64,000 nucleotides of DNA from Oscillospiraceae bacterium (lineage in GTDB: Bacteria; Bacillota; Clostridia; Oscillospirales; Acutalibacteraceae), in contig JAITGE010000011.1 in NCBI GenBank assembly GCA_031280825.1, positions 115 through 64,114 of the forward strand, in the 5' to 3' direction. The position numbers and the translations under genes were made by a program. This document shows, in pieces, positions 8,728 through 18,408 of this stretch. Within the stretch, counting starts at the first letter, position 1, and the number at the start of each line of letters is the position of its first letter. The notes below the pieces were generated by a model. It did no database searches. It was not told the origin of the DNA and was given only the letters and a program-made list of their open reading frames with translations.

Positions 8728-11040
8728 ATGAGCAATACCGACCAACTCTGGTATGACAAGCCCGCACCGCGCTGGGTCTATGCCCTGCCAATCGGAAACG
8801 GACACCTGGGCGGCATGGTTTTTGGCGGGGTGCAAAGCGAACGCGTCGCCCTGAACCATGATGAACTGACCACCGGTTACCCCCGCAAAATCAATCGCCC
8901 CGCAGGAGCGGAGCACTTTCGCAAAGCCCGCGCGCTCGCGCTTGCCGGGGATCTAAAGGCAGCGCAGGAGGTTGCGGAGGATCACGCGTGGCAAGCGCTG
9001 CGCTGCCAAGCCTACATGCCGCTGGGGGATTTGCGGTTGGAGCTGGACATACCGCCGGACGCGCCGATTGCGGACTATAAGCGCTGCTTGGATTTACAGA
9101 ATGCCGTGACCAAAACCGCCTTCACCGTCGCGGGCAGCGCATATGAAAGAATCTGCTTCGCTTCCTTCCCCGCCAATAGTATCGCACTGCAGCAAACCGC
9201 GCAGGTGCCGTTCAGCTGCACAGCGTTTCTTGAAAGCAAGCTAAAATCCACCGCGCAGGCTGCGGGGGATGTTTGCGCGCTGCACGGCGAATGCCCCGGC
9301 AATTTTTTTGATGAATATGAAACTGAGGGCGATGAAAAGTTCGCCTACTATGATGCGCCGGAGCAGCGCGGAGTGCGTTTTCTTGCGGGGCTGCGTGCTT
9401 TCAGTGACGGCACGATTACCTCGGCAGAGAACGCGCTGCGTATTGAAAACGCCACTTGGCTGGAGCTTTATTTCACCGCCGAAAGCAGCTTTAACGGGCC
9501 GCACAAGCATCCCTTTCTAGAAGGCAAGTCATATGAAGCCCCTGTGCGGGATCGCCTTGCCGACCTGTCGGCAGGGCAATGGGACGACCTGCTGGCTGCG
9601 CATATCGCGGATCATCGCGCTTTTTATGACCGCGTGCAGCTGCGGCTTGAAAGCGCCAACGGGAATGCCGCGCTGCCAACAGATCAGCGTATGATCGCAT
9701 ATGAAAATGACAAAAGCGACAATGCGCTTTGCGTGCTGACATACAATTTCGGGCGTTATTTGGCGATTGCGGGCAGCCGTCCCGGCACCTCCGCGCTCAA
9801 TTTGCAAGGCATTTGGAACGATCAGATGGATCCGCCCTGGCGCTGCAATTATACCACCAATATCAATACGCAAATGAATTATTGGCCTATGCTGGGTGCG
9901 GCGCTCCCGGAGCTGATGGAACCGCTGCAGCGCTTGGTGGAAGCCCTTGCGGAAAACGGCAAACATACAGCGCGGGAGCAATACGGTATGCCCGGCAGCT
10001 GCGCGCATCACAACGTGGATCTTTGGGCGTTCCCATACCCTGCGCGCGGCAGTGCCTGTTGGTCGTTCTTCCCCATGACACTGGGATGGCTTTGCAATAA
10101 CCTTTGGGAATATTGGCGCTATACACGTGATTTTCCTTATTTGCGCGATCGTATGCTGCCAATCCTCCGCAGTGCGGCTGAATTTTTACTGGCAATGCTC
10201 AGTGAATATGAAGGCTACTTGATCCTTGCTCCCGGTACTTCGCCGGAAAATCACTTTTTCCTTCGTGGGGAAGAAGGCGATATCGTCACAATTTCACAGA
10301 CCAGCACCATCAGCATGGCGATTGTACGCGAGCTGTTCACGAATCTTTGTTGCGCTTACGATACGCTTGGGTTGGCGGACGACACGCTGGTCGAGGGGAT
10401 TCGCGCGGCACTGCCAAGGCTGCTTCCCTATAGGATTGGCAGCAAGGGGCAGATGCTGGAGATGTATGCCGAAATGGGTGAGCCGGATCCGCACCATCGG
10501 CATGCGTCGCATATGTACCCGCTGCACCCCGGGCATGAGATTACACCAGAAAAAACGCCGGAGCTGCACGAAGCCTGCAAAAAATCGCTCTTGTTACGCG
10601 GCGACGATGCTACAGGCTGGAGCTTAGCTTGGAAGATCAACTTTTGGGCGCGTCTGCGTGACGGCGACCATGCCCTGCGGTTGCTGGAAATGCAGCTGCG
10701 CCTCGTACAAACCGAGGATTTCAAATATCGCCATGGCGGCGGCGGGAGCTACGCCAATCTGTTTGACGCGCACCCGCCCTTTCAAATCGATGGCAATTTC
10801 GGCTGCACCTCCGGCGTGAATGAGATGCTTCTGCAATCCCCGGAAGACGGCGTGCTGCTGCTTCTGCCCGCGCTGCCCGGCAAATGGATAAACGGATGCG
10901 TTACAGGGCTTGCCGCGCCGGACAATGTACGCGTGGATATGGAATGGAAGAATGGAAGACTGTTCCGTTGGAGCGTCAAAAATGCGGCGGTTGACTGCAA
11001 AATTATCTATTGCGGAAAAGAAATTGCCGCTGCGGGTTAG
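8728..11040 (+). CDS. Glycoside hydrolase family 95 (alpha-L-fucosidase type)
   Basis: 770 aa. Typical GH95 N-terminus ([24 protein letters not shown]) and core ([32 protein letters not shown]). Ends in TAG. Confidence 0.85.
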   Translation: MSNTDQLWYDKPAPRWVYALPIGNGHLGGMVFGGVQSERVALNHDELTTGYPRKINRPAGAEHFRKARALALAGDLKAAQEVAEDHAWQALRCQAYMPLGDLRLELDIPPDAPIADYKRCLDLQNAVTKTAFTVAGSAYERICFASFPANSIALQQTAQVPFSCTAFLESKLKSTAQAAGDVCALHGECPGNFFDEYETEGDEKFAYYDAPEQRGVRFLAGLRAFSDGTITSAENALRIENATWLELYFTAESSFNGPHKHPFLEGKSYEAPVRDRLADLSAGQWDDLLAAHIADHRAFYDRVQLRLESANGNAALPTDQRMIAYENDKSDNALCVLTYNFGRYLAIAGSRPGTSALNLQGIWNDQMDPPWRCNYTTNINTQMNYWPMLGAALPELMEPLQRLVEALAENGKHTAREQYGMPGSCAHHNVDLWAFPYPARGSACWSFFPMTLGWLCNNLWEYWRYTRDFPYLRDRMLPILRSAAEFLLAMLSEYEGYLILAPGTSPENHFFLRGEEGDIVTISQTSTISMAIVRELFTNLCCAYDTLGLADDTLVEGIRAALPRLLPYRIGSKGQMLEMYAEMGEPDPHHRHASHMYPLHPGHEITPEKTPELHEACKKSLLLRGDDATGWSLAWKINFWARLRDGDHALRLLEMQLRLVQTEDFKYRHGGGGSYANLFDAHPPFQIDGNFGCTSGVNEMLLQSPEDGVLLLLPALPGKWINGCVTGLAAPDNVRVDMEWKNGRLFRWSVKNAAVDCKIIYCGKEIAAAG

Positions 11041-11399
11041 GATTTCGCTTTTGTCAGCAGCTCTTTTCCGCCAACAAGAATTAGGAAGCCGCCGAAAATC
11101 CACGCAAGCCATTTTGCTTCCAGCATCCCCGTGACCCAAATGCCCAAGCCTGCGGCGGGCAGCCCGCCCAGCGTAAGCTTGAGCGCGGTTTTCCAATCCA
11201 CCAGCTTGCGTTTCGTGTTAATTATCAAAGAAATCACCGCGCAGGGCAAGAAGAAGAGCAAATTCACACCCTGCGCGGCGATTTGCGGCACGGCGAGCAC
11301 CAACGTGAGGTAAATGACCAATATACCGCCGCCGCCCATGCCCATCGCGCCCAGCGCGCCCGCGCCTAAGCCTGCCAAGATATTCCACAGCCATTGCAT
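11037..11399 (-). CDS. TSUP/TauE-SafE family transporter, C-terminal half-size unit (4 TM)
   Basis: 120 aa from [25 protein letters not shown]. Its ATG shares one base with the upstream stop (TGATG). Confidence 0.7.
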   Translation of the reverse strand: MQWLWNILAGLGAGALGAMGMGGGGILVIYLTLVLAVPQIAAQGVNLLFFLPCAVISLIINTKRKLVDWKTALKLTLGGLPAAGLGIWVTGMLEAKWLAWIFGGFLILVGGKELLTKAKS

Positions 11400-11764
11400 C
11401 AGCGCATCACCATCCGAATCCCCGCCCAAATCATGAAGGCGGCAAAGATCTTGCGCAGCCATTTCGCCGGAAGCTTTGCAAGCAATAGACCGCCCAGCAA
11501 CGCGCCGACCGTGCCGGGCAGCAAAAAGACAACCGCATCCTCAACCGTAAAGCGATCCAGTAAATAATACGCGACTGTGCTCAGTGCCGCCAGCGGAAAG
11601 ATCACTGCCACTGCGGTTGCGTGGGCGTTTGTTTGCTGCAAGCCCAGCTTTTTAAGCAGAGGCACAGCGAGCATCCCGCCGCCAGCGCCCAGCAACCCGT
11701 TCATAAACCCGACAAAAACGCCGCCGCCTATGCTGAGCAGCGTTTTTTTCTTGCCTTCTTCCAT
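11399..11764 (-). CDS. TSUP/TauE-SafE family transporter, N-terminal half-size unit (4 TM)
   Basis: About 121 aa (GLLGAGGGMLAVPLL motif). Start is uncertain: the ATG at 11764 directly abuts AGGAGG, and 11782 is an alternative. Confidence 0.65.
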   Translation of the reverse strand: MEEGKKKTLLSIGGGVFVGFMNGLLGAGGGMLAVPLLKKLGLQQTNAHATAVAVIFPLAALSTVAYYLLDRFTVEDAVVFLLPGTVGALLGGLLLAKLPAKWLRKIFAAFMIWAGIRMVMR

Positions 11765-11856
11765 CCTCCTAGCGCACCTCATCCCGGCTTTTCCAGCCAT
11801 TGATGCGTTTAGTTTGCGCTATATTTTTGCATCTATGCTTTGGCGCCTGTGTGAAA

Positions 11857-12693
11857 TTATTGTTCGCTTGCGGCATAGCTCTGCGCCTGCCGGTGAAACA
11901 TTTCGGCATATTTTCCGCCAAGAGCCAGCAGCTCTTCATGTGTGCCTTCCTCAGCGACGCTGCCGTTATCAAGCAAATAGATGCGATCCGCGCTGCGGAT
12001 GGTTCCCAGCCGGTGGGCAATCATAATGGTCGTAGTGGTTGAATCTTCGAACATACGCTTTGCCATGCGATATTCAGCAAGAGGGTCAAGCGCACTGGAG
12101 GGTTCATCCAGAAGGAGCAGACCGAGTTCGCCGTGCAAAAGCCGCGCTAAGCCCAGCTTTTGCGCTTCCCGCGCCCGGCATCAAAAAACTCACGCGTTAC
12201 CTCTTCCTCCAACGCCAGATCCAGTTCCACGGAACGCAGAGACTCACGCAATGAAGCGTCGTCCGAGATTCACAATAGACCTCTAAATTGTTGCGCACAG
12301 GCAGGGCATAAATCTGCGGGTTTCATCCATGTTGCGCAAATCGGTTTGCAGAGCACGGTTGAAAATATCGCGGTCAATCTCGCTTTCCAGCCGCAAACGG
12401 CGCAAATCCAAAAAAAACGTGCCAAAGGTGCTGTTGACCGCTTCGCAGCCGACGGCGATCGCGGTGTAAAGCAGCCCGATTTGCAAAGCGGCGCCAAAAC
12501 CGCTGCCGTCCTGAATTTTTTCGATGACGGCCTGTGCCAGCCGAACCGAAAACCATGTGCCGACCGGTCCGAAAACGCCAGTTACGAAGGCATGCGTGAG
12601 CAGCATCCATTTGGCGTATTTCCACCAGGGGCGCAACAAAAAAATCATATTGCGCAACGGTCGGAAGGGTTTCTTTTTCTGTTTTCTTTTCAT
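11857..12693 (-). pseudogene. Remnant of an ABC exporter (fused TMD-NBD type) with an internal deletion and a frameshift
   Basis: The N-terminal 136-aa ORF is the start of a TMD (LRPWWKYAKWMLL...). The 3' part encodes only the end of an NBD (EAQKLGLARLL, Walker B LLLLDEPSSALD, H-loop MIAHRL). A middle piece (ISDDASLRESL...VTREFFDAG) lies in a third frame. TM3-6, Walker A and the Q-loop are absent. Confidence 0.75.
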
Positions 12694-12720
12694 AAATTCC
12701 TTTCGTGGCAGGAGCGTGCG

Positions 12721-15700
12721 CTATTCCACGGATTTTAACGATTCCACCATGCTGATTGCTTTGATGCGTCTATGCATGAGGGCGTTGATGCCTACGGCGA
12801 AAACAGCGGTAATAATGGCGGCAAACACATAATTGAACGGCGCAAGCGTGCGCACGAACATCATGCTCTCAATTTCCGCCGTGCGGATAACGAAGGCGTG
12901 GATAGGTATGCCTAACAGCAGCCCCGCGCCGACACCTAAAACCGTGAGAATTATATTTTCGCGGTAAATATACATAGATGCTTCAAAATCATGAAAACCC
13001 AGCACCTTAATGGTCGCAAGCTCGCGTACACGCTCATAAATGTTGATATTGTTAAGGTTATACAGCACTACGAACGCCAGCGCGCCCGCCGCCATAACGA
13101 AAACCGCCAAAATAACTTTTTCCATAATATCCAGCATCGCGCCGACTTTATCGATGATCGCAGAATTGTAGACCAATGCCACGACCTCTGCCTCGTCTGT
13201 TAAATCGCGCGAAAGCTGTGCCTTGGCTTCCTTGGCTGCGTTAACGGCCGCCTTGCTGCCGGCGGTGACGTTCAGGCTGTCGTCAAGCTTGAGCAGCACG
13301 GCGTTGAACTGCGTCGCGCCCTGGTTAAAGTAGGCTTCATAGGTCGCGGGCGTCATATAGACATAATGATATACATAGTTGCGTACAATACCCGCGACCG
13401 GGATTTCCGCTTTCGTCGCACCTGATTCGATGGTAATGCGCTGCCCGACCTTGAGATTCATCAGTTCCGCCGTTTTGCCGTTGATATAAATGCCGCCATC
13501 GCGAAAGCCCAATTCTTCCCCGCTTTTATCGTCGGCAAGGGAAACGAACTCGGCGGCGATATCGGCATCACGCGGGACGGCCATCACGACCTCCAATGCC
13601 CGGGCAAAACCGTGCAACGGTGCGGAAGCATACATATTCTTCATGAAAATCGGCAACGCCTCAGCAATGCGGCCGGGCTGCTCAAAAACCTTCATTGTTT
13701 CTGTATCCGCCGCCGTAATAGGGGAGCTGAGCAGAGCTTGCCCGTCGAAGCGCATCACGCTTTCGGATCCGAACTGGTGATCCAGCATGGTTCCGATAGA
13801 ATTGCCGATGCCAAAGCCGGTGAGAAGCAAAGCCGTGCAGGCCATGATACCCGCAAAGGTCATAATAAAGCGCTTTTTGTTGCGCATCAGGTTGCGTACG
13901 GTTACTTTTCCGTCAAAGCTCAGCCCGCGCCACAGCGGCGTGACGCGTTCCAACAGAATGCGTTTCCCCGCCTTGGGAGCTTTTGGGCGCATCAACTGCG
14001 CCGGACGCAGCTGCAGGGAGCGGAACACCGCAAAAATCACCGCACCCACAGTGGAAAGCACTGCGGCACCCAAGGAAATCGCCGCCGTATCCAAATAAAA
14101 GGTCGGCGTCATTTCCGGAATAAGGTACAGGATGCTATAAGCCTTAAAAATGGCTTGGGGTATGAGCGTAAAGCCCAGCGCTAAGCCGATAGCACTGCCC
14201 AAAACCGCCGTGGTTGCGGCGTAAAAGAAATACTTAAAGGCAATTGCGCCGCTTGAATAGCCGGCGGCCTTAAGCACGCCCAGCTGCAAGCGCTCATCCT
14301 CCACCATGCGCGTCATCGTGGTTAAGCTTACCAGCGCGGCAATCAGGAAAAACAGAACAGGGAACACCAGCGCAAAAGCTTCCATATTTCCGGCCGTGTC
14401 GCCATAGTTGGTGTAGCCTGCGAATTCGTCGCGCGTGGCGATGTTCCACATGGCGTTTGGCAGGGCTTCAATCGCGTTTTCCCCTTGCTTCACGCGTCGC
14501 TCGGAGTTCGGAATCTGCTCTTGCATGATGTGCAAAAAAGCGTCGCCGTCAGCAATTTGTTGCTGCGCCTTGGCAAGCTCCGAAGTGAGAAGCCGCTTTC
14601 CCTGCTCCAGCTCCAGCGTGCCGGTGTCGAGCTGCCCCTGCGCGTCGGCAAGCCTTCGCTGCGCGTCCGCAAGCTTGGTGTAGCTTTCGGCAAGCAGCTT
14701 TTCGCCCTTGCGGAATTCCTCGAGCTGCTTCATGAGCGGCTCGGCTGCCGCCATCTGCTTCTTTCCTTCGGCGATCTGCTTTTCAGCATCCTTGAGCGCA
14801 TCTTCTTGGTTGTTCAGTTCAATTTCAGCCTCGGCAATCTGCTTGCGCAGTCCTTCAAGCGTTGTATCTTCTGGCTCCAGCGGGAAGTAGAGCGCAAGTA
14901 TTCCCATGGCGTGCTCAATACGTGCGCTGTTTTCACTATCCAGCGCTTTGCGGGCGGTGCTGAGCGCGGAGCGCCCAACCTCAACTGCCGATCTGGCAAT
15001 GTTGTAGCTGGCTTCCGCTTGCTCCAGCTTGTTTTTACCGGCGATGTATTCGCCCTCGGCGTCGGCGTTGGCGACGACGATTTCGCGCGCTTTTTGGTAT
15101 TCCGCATATTTCTTGTTGTATTCGCCCAGTTGCCTGTTGTATTCGGCGGATTGCCTGTCGTATTCCTTGCGCCCGTCCGCCAGCTTCGCTTCACTGTCGG
15201 CGATTTCCTTCTCCATTTCCGCTTTCTGGCGTTCATAGGCTTTCGGTGCCTCGGCGCCGGCTTTTTCGGCAAAGGGGAACATTTGCCGGGCAAGCTCCAG
15301 CTCTTTTTTACCGTCAAGAATCTGGTTGGCGACGTCTTTTTCCGCTTCCGCGCCTTCCTTCACCGAAGACTGCATCTGGTGGAGCTGCTCCATCAGCTTG
15401 CGCATGGCGGTTTGATCTTCTTCGCCGAGTATGGGGAGCAGCGTTGCGGCCTGCGTCAAAAACTGTCCGATTTTTTTGCGTTCCGCCACCGCCTGCTCGG
15501 CGATGGTTTTGCCCATGCGTTCGGCGCGCGCGGCGACGATGGGAGCGGAAAATTCCTCCACCAGCGCGTCCTTCCAGGCGCGGATAACATCGTCATAAGC
15601 CTCGGAATATGCCGCAGCGGTATCGGAGCCTTTGATGCCGATGTACATTTTGGTGTAATAATCCATTAAAAATTCGCTGTCGGCAACATAAATATAGCCG

Positions 15701-16353
15701 CAAAGCTCGCCGCCGCCGGCTTGTGAGGAGCCAAGCTCCATGGAAACAAATTCCGGCGTGTAAACTGTGCCGACCACGGTATACTCCGTGGTTTGGATGC
15801 TGTCAAGCAGATCCTCGTGGTCGCCCTTCACACTGATTTTGTTGCCGATTTTGTAACGGTCACGATTTTCATCCTGCAAATTGATTTCGCTCTCATAAAC
15901 GCTTACGACGCATTCACCGGGATTTTTTGGGAAGCGGCCGTTCACCAGCTCCAGCTGGTTGCGCCGCGCTGTGCCTGAGCCAGCCGCCTGCGCAAAATCA
16001 TAGCCGATCACGCGTAAGACATACGCAGTTCCGCTCAGAGATTGCGCCAGCTGCCCGTTTTCATTATAAACCAAGCCATCCACAAAACGGGAGGGCGTCG
16101 CGGCTTCTACGCCTTCAATGGCAAGCAGGGCATCCCGATCCTGCGCGTCAAAGCCTACGGTCGAGGTCAAAACCAAATCACAGAGCTTCAAATCGCTGTA
16201 AAAGGAATCAGCGGCGGCTTTCATGTTCGGCGAAACGGCCTTTAAGCCCGCCAGAAAGCCGACCCCCAGCGCAACGATAATTACAATAGAAATAAAACGG
16301 GAAAGCGTTTTGCGGATGGCCCGCAGGGTGTCCCGAAACAAGGCTTTTGTCAC
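12721..16353 (-). CDS. FtsX/MacB-type ABC transporter permease, double module, with a long coiled-coil insert
   Basis: 1210 aa. Two TM1-ectodomain-3TM modules (..ERLQLGVLKAAGYS.. and ..ELATIKVLGFHD..). Residues ~285-640 are heptad-like and rich in E/K/A/Q. Confidence 0.85.
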   Translation of the reverse strand: MTKALFRDTLRAIRKTLSRFISIVIIVALGVGFLAGLKAVSPNMKAAADSFYSDLKLCDLVLTSTVGFDAQDRDALLAIEGVEAATPSRFVDGLVYNENGQLAQSLSGTAYVLRVIGYDFAQAAGSGTARRNQLELVNGRFPKNPGECVVSVYESEINLQDENRDRYKIGNKISVKGDHEDLLDSIQTTEYTVVGTVYTPEFVSMELGSSQAGGGELCGYIYVADSEFLMDYYTKMYIGIKGSDTAAAYSEAYDDVIRAWKDALVEEFSAPIVAARAERMGKTIAEQAVAERKKIGQFLTQAATLLPILGEEDQTAMRKLMEQLHQMQSSVKEGAEAEKDVANQILDGKKELELARQMFPFAEKAGAEAPKAYERQKAEMEKEIADSEAKLADGRKEYDRQSAEYNRQLGEYNKKYAEYQKAREIVVANADAEGEYIAGKNKLEQAEASYNIARSAVEVGRSALSTARKALDSENSARIEHAMGILALYFPLEPEDTTLEGLRKQIAEAEIELNNQEDALKDAEKQIAEGKKQMAAAEPLMKQLEEFRKGEKLLAESYTKLADAQRRLADAQGQLDTGTLELEQGKRLLTSELAKAQQQIADGDAFLHIMQEQIPNSERRVKQGENAIEALPNAMWNIATRDEFAGYTNYGDTAGNMEAFALVFPVLFFLIAALVSLTTMTRMVEDERLQLGVLKAAGYSSGAIAFKYFFYAATTAVLGSAIGLALGFTLIPQAIFKAYSILYLIPEMTPTFYLDTAAISLGAAVLSTVGAVIFAVFRSLQLRPAQLMRPKAPKAGKRILLERVTPLWRGLSFDGKVTVRNLMRNKKRFIMTFAGIMACTALLLTGFGIGNSIGTMLDHQFGSESVMRFDGQALLSSPITAADTETMKVFEQPGRIAEALPIFMKNMYASAPLHGFARALEVVMAVPRDADIAAEFVSLADDKSGEELGFRDGGIYINGKTAELMNLKVGQRITIESGATKAEIPVAGIVRNYVYHYVYMTPATYEAYFNQGATQFNAVLLKLDDSLNVTAGSKAAVNAAKEAKAQLSRDLTDEAEVVALVYNSAIIDKVGAMLDIMEKVILAVFVMAAGALAFVVLYNLNNINIYERVRELATIKVLGFHDFEASMYIYRENIILTVLGVGAGLLLGIPIHAFVIRTAEIESMMFVRTLAPFNYVFAAIITAVFAVGINALMHRRIKAISMVESLKSVE

Positions 16354-16391
16354 GGCTACTCTCCTTTATCAGTACGCGCACCGGCGGTTCC

Positions 16392-17108
16392 TTACCATTC
16401 AATATCGGCAACATCCTTTGGCTTTGGGTTGAGCGAAACCTGATGCACCTTGCCGCTGCGCATACGAATGACGCGATCCGCAATCGGCTCAATGGCGGCG
16501 TTGTGGGTGATGATGATGATGGTTTTCCCCGTTTGGCGGCAGGTGTTCTGCAGCATGGTAAGGATCTGCTTGCCCGTTGCATAATCCAGCGCGCCGGTTG
16601 GCTCGTCGCAGAGCAGCAAGCGTGGGTTCTTTGCCAGCGCGCGGGCGATGGAAACACGCTGCTGCTCGCCGCCGGAAAGCTGCGCCGGAAAGTTCTCCGT
16701 GCGATCCGCTAAGCCGACCTGCGCCAGAACATCTGTTGGGGCAAGGGGTTTTTCACTCAGCTGCGTGGCAATCTCAAGGTTTTCCAACGCGGTCAGGTTG
16801 GGGATCAAATTGTAGAACTGAAACACGAAGCCCACCTGGTTGCGGCGGTATTCGGTCAGCTTCCGGTTGCTCAGGCGGGTGATCTCCTTGCCGTCCACCC
16901 AAACCTCGCCGCCGTCGCCGTCGGCGGAATCCATGCCGCCGAGAATATTGAGCACAGTGGTTTTGCCCGCGCCGCTGGAGCCGACAATCAGCGCCAACTC
17001 ACCTTCGTGAATTTCAAAATCCACGCTGTCCGCCGCTTTGATGGTGACTTCACCCATCTGATAGGTCTTTGAAACATTCTTGAACGTGATGAAGCTTTCC
17101 GCCATCAT
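16392..17108 (-). CDS. ABC transporter ATP-binding protein (MacB/LolD type)
   Basis: Walker [10 protein letters not shown], signature [15 protein letters not shown], Walker [13 protein letters not shown]. The start is one of the tandem ATGs after GGGGGA. Confidence 0.9.
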   Translation of the reverse strand: MMAESFITFKNVSKTYQMGEVTIKAADSVDFEIHEGELALIVGSSGAGKTTVLNILGGMDSADGDGGEVWVDGKEITRLSNRKLTEYRRNQVGFVFQFYNLIPNLTALENLEIATQLSEKPLAPTDVLAQVGLADRTENFPAQLSGGEQQRVSIARALAKNPRLLLCDEPTGALDYATGKQILTMLQNTCRQTGKTIIIITHNAAIEPIADRVIRMRSGKVHQVSLNPKPKDVADIEW

Positions 17109-17148
17109 GATCCCCCATCTCTTAATACACAAATATTACTATCATACG

Positions 17149-17178
17149 ATAATATCCAGAGAAATGGTCGTATGACAA
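17149..17178 (-). promoter_or_regulatory. Candidate sigma-A promoter for the ABC pair
   Basis: On the minus strand: TTGTCA, 18 nt, TATTAT, about 40 nt upstream of the ATPase start. Confidence 0.4.
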
Positions 17179-17189
17179 GCAAAAAATCC

Positions 17190-18404
17190 TTAATCTTGAA
17201 AATCCGCACCCAACAGCTGCAGAAATTTAGCGGCTTCCCCCTCGTTTCCGGCAATATCGTGCAGATTCTCCTGCAAGCGCTGGCGTAAGGGAGCGTTTTC
17301 CAGCAGGGCTTTGATTTTGTCGGCCAGGTCTTCCGGCGAGATATCTGCCAACACACCCGTTACGCCATCCGTGATTTGGTTGGCAACCGTGCCATAGCGT
17401 GTGGTCACGATGGGCTTGCCCAGCGCCTTTGCTTCCTCCAAAGCGATGCTTTTCCCTTCAAAGCGTGAGGGCTGCACATAAAGATCGCAAGCAGCTAGCG
17501 CGGGATAAGGATTTTCACGCTCGCCGAGCAGAAAAAAACAGTCGGTTACGCCTTGCTCCGCGATCAGCGTCTGCAAGGCGAACGGATCCCCACCCCCGAG
17601 CACATACCAGCGCAGCGCAACACCCGCCTTTCGAAGCAAGGCACAGGCACGAATCGCGATATCAACGCCTTTGCAAGAATCCAGCCGCGCGACGGTTAAA
17701 ATAGCAGGTGTGTTCGCAGGTTGCCAGGGCGGGTCTGCCTGCCGTGCGAGGGAACGCAATAAAACCGGGGAAACAATGTTTTCAACGCATGAAATTCGGC
17801 TGGCATATTCCGGGAAGATTTCTTGCAAAATGCGCACACAATCCGAAGAAACACCTACGATGGTGTCGAACGCCGCAAAGCTTTTTTTATCCATTGCGTA
17901 TTGCGCCATAAAGTTTTGATAATCGCTGTGGAAAAAAGAGAGCTTGTGCGCAGCGCGCACTTTTTCGGCACAGTACCAAGTAGCGTTGCCCTCAAGATAC
18001 GCAATTGCCGCGGTGTATCTATGCCGCAAGCGCGGCAGGGCGTAACGCAGGGCATTCCATACACGCATGGGACGTTCCCCGGGCGGTGCATGAAACGCGC
18101 GGGCATAGCGTACCCGCGCAAGCAATAAATCCAACCGTCCGCGCGGCAAAAAATAAGGCAGCGCGCGCTTCCAGTCGCCAGTGAAACGTTTGTAGGTCTC
18201 GCCAAAATCCAGAACGCGCACCCAAGGCGGCACCTGGGGAAGGAATAACCCCTGCTTTTCAAGCAGAAGCAAATCCACGGCAAAGCGCTCGCCTGCATCG
18301 TGCCGCTCACCCAGCACGCGCAGAAGCGTGACAAGGCTCTTTTCCGCACCGCCGCTCGTAAGGTTTGGCATAACGAACAGCAAACGAGGGAGTTGTTTCG
18401 GCAT
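17190..18404 (-). CDS. Glycosyltransferase family 4 (GT-B)
   Basis: 404 aa. N-terminal GGAEKSLVTLL; C-terminal YVQPSRFEGKSIALEEAKALGKPIV (EX7E region). Confidence 0.85.
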   Translation of the reverse strand: MPKQLPRLLFVMPNLTSGGAEKSLVTLLRVLGERHDAGERFAVDLLLLEKQGLFLPQVPPWVRVLDFGETYKRFTGDWKRALPYFLPRGRLDLLLARVRYARAFHAPPGERPMRVWNALRYALPRLRHRYTAAIAYLEGNATWYCAEKVRAAHKLSFFHSDYQNFMAQYAMDKKSFAAFDTIVGVSSDCVRILQEIFPEYASRISCVENIVSPVLLRSLARQADPPWQPANTPAILTVARLDSCKGVDIAIRACALLRKAGVALRWYVLGGGDPFALQTLIAEQGVTDCFFLLGERENPYPALAACDLYVQPSRFEGKSIALEEAKALGKPIVTTRYGTVANQITDGVTGVLADISPEDLADKIKALLENAPLRQRLQENLHDIAGNEGEAAKFLQLLGADFQD

Positions 18405-18408
18405 GATA

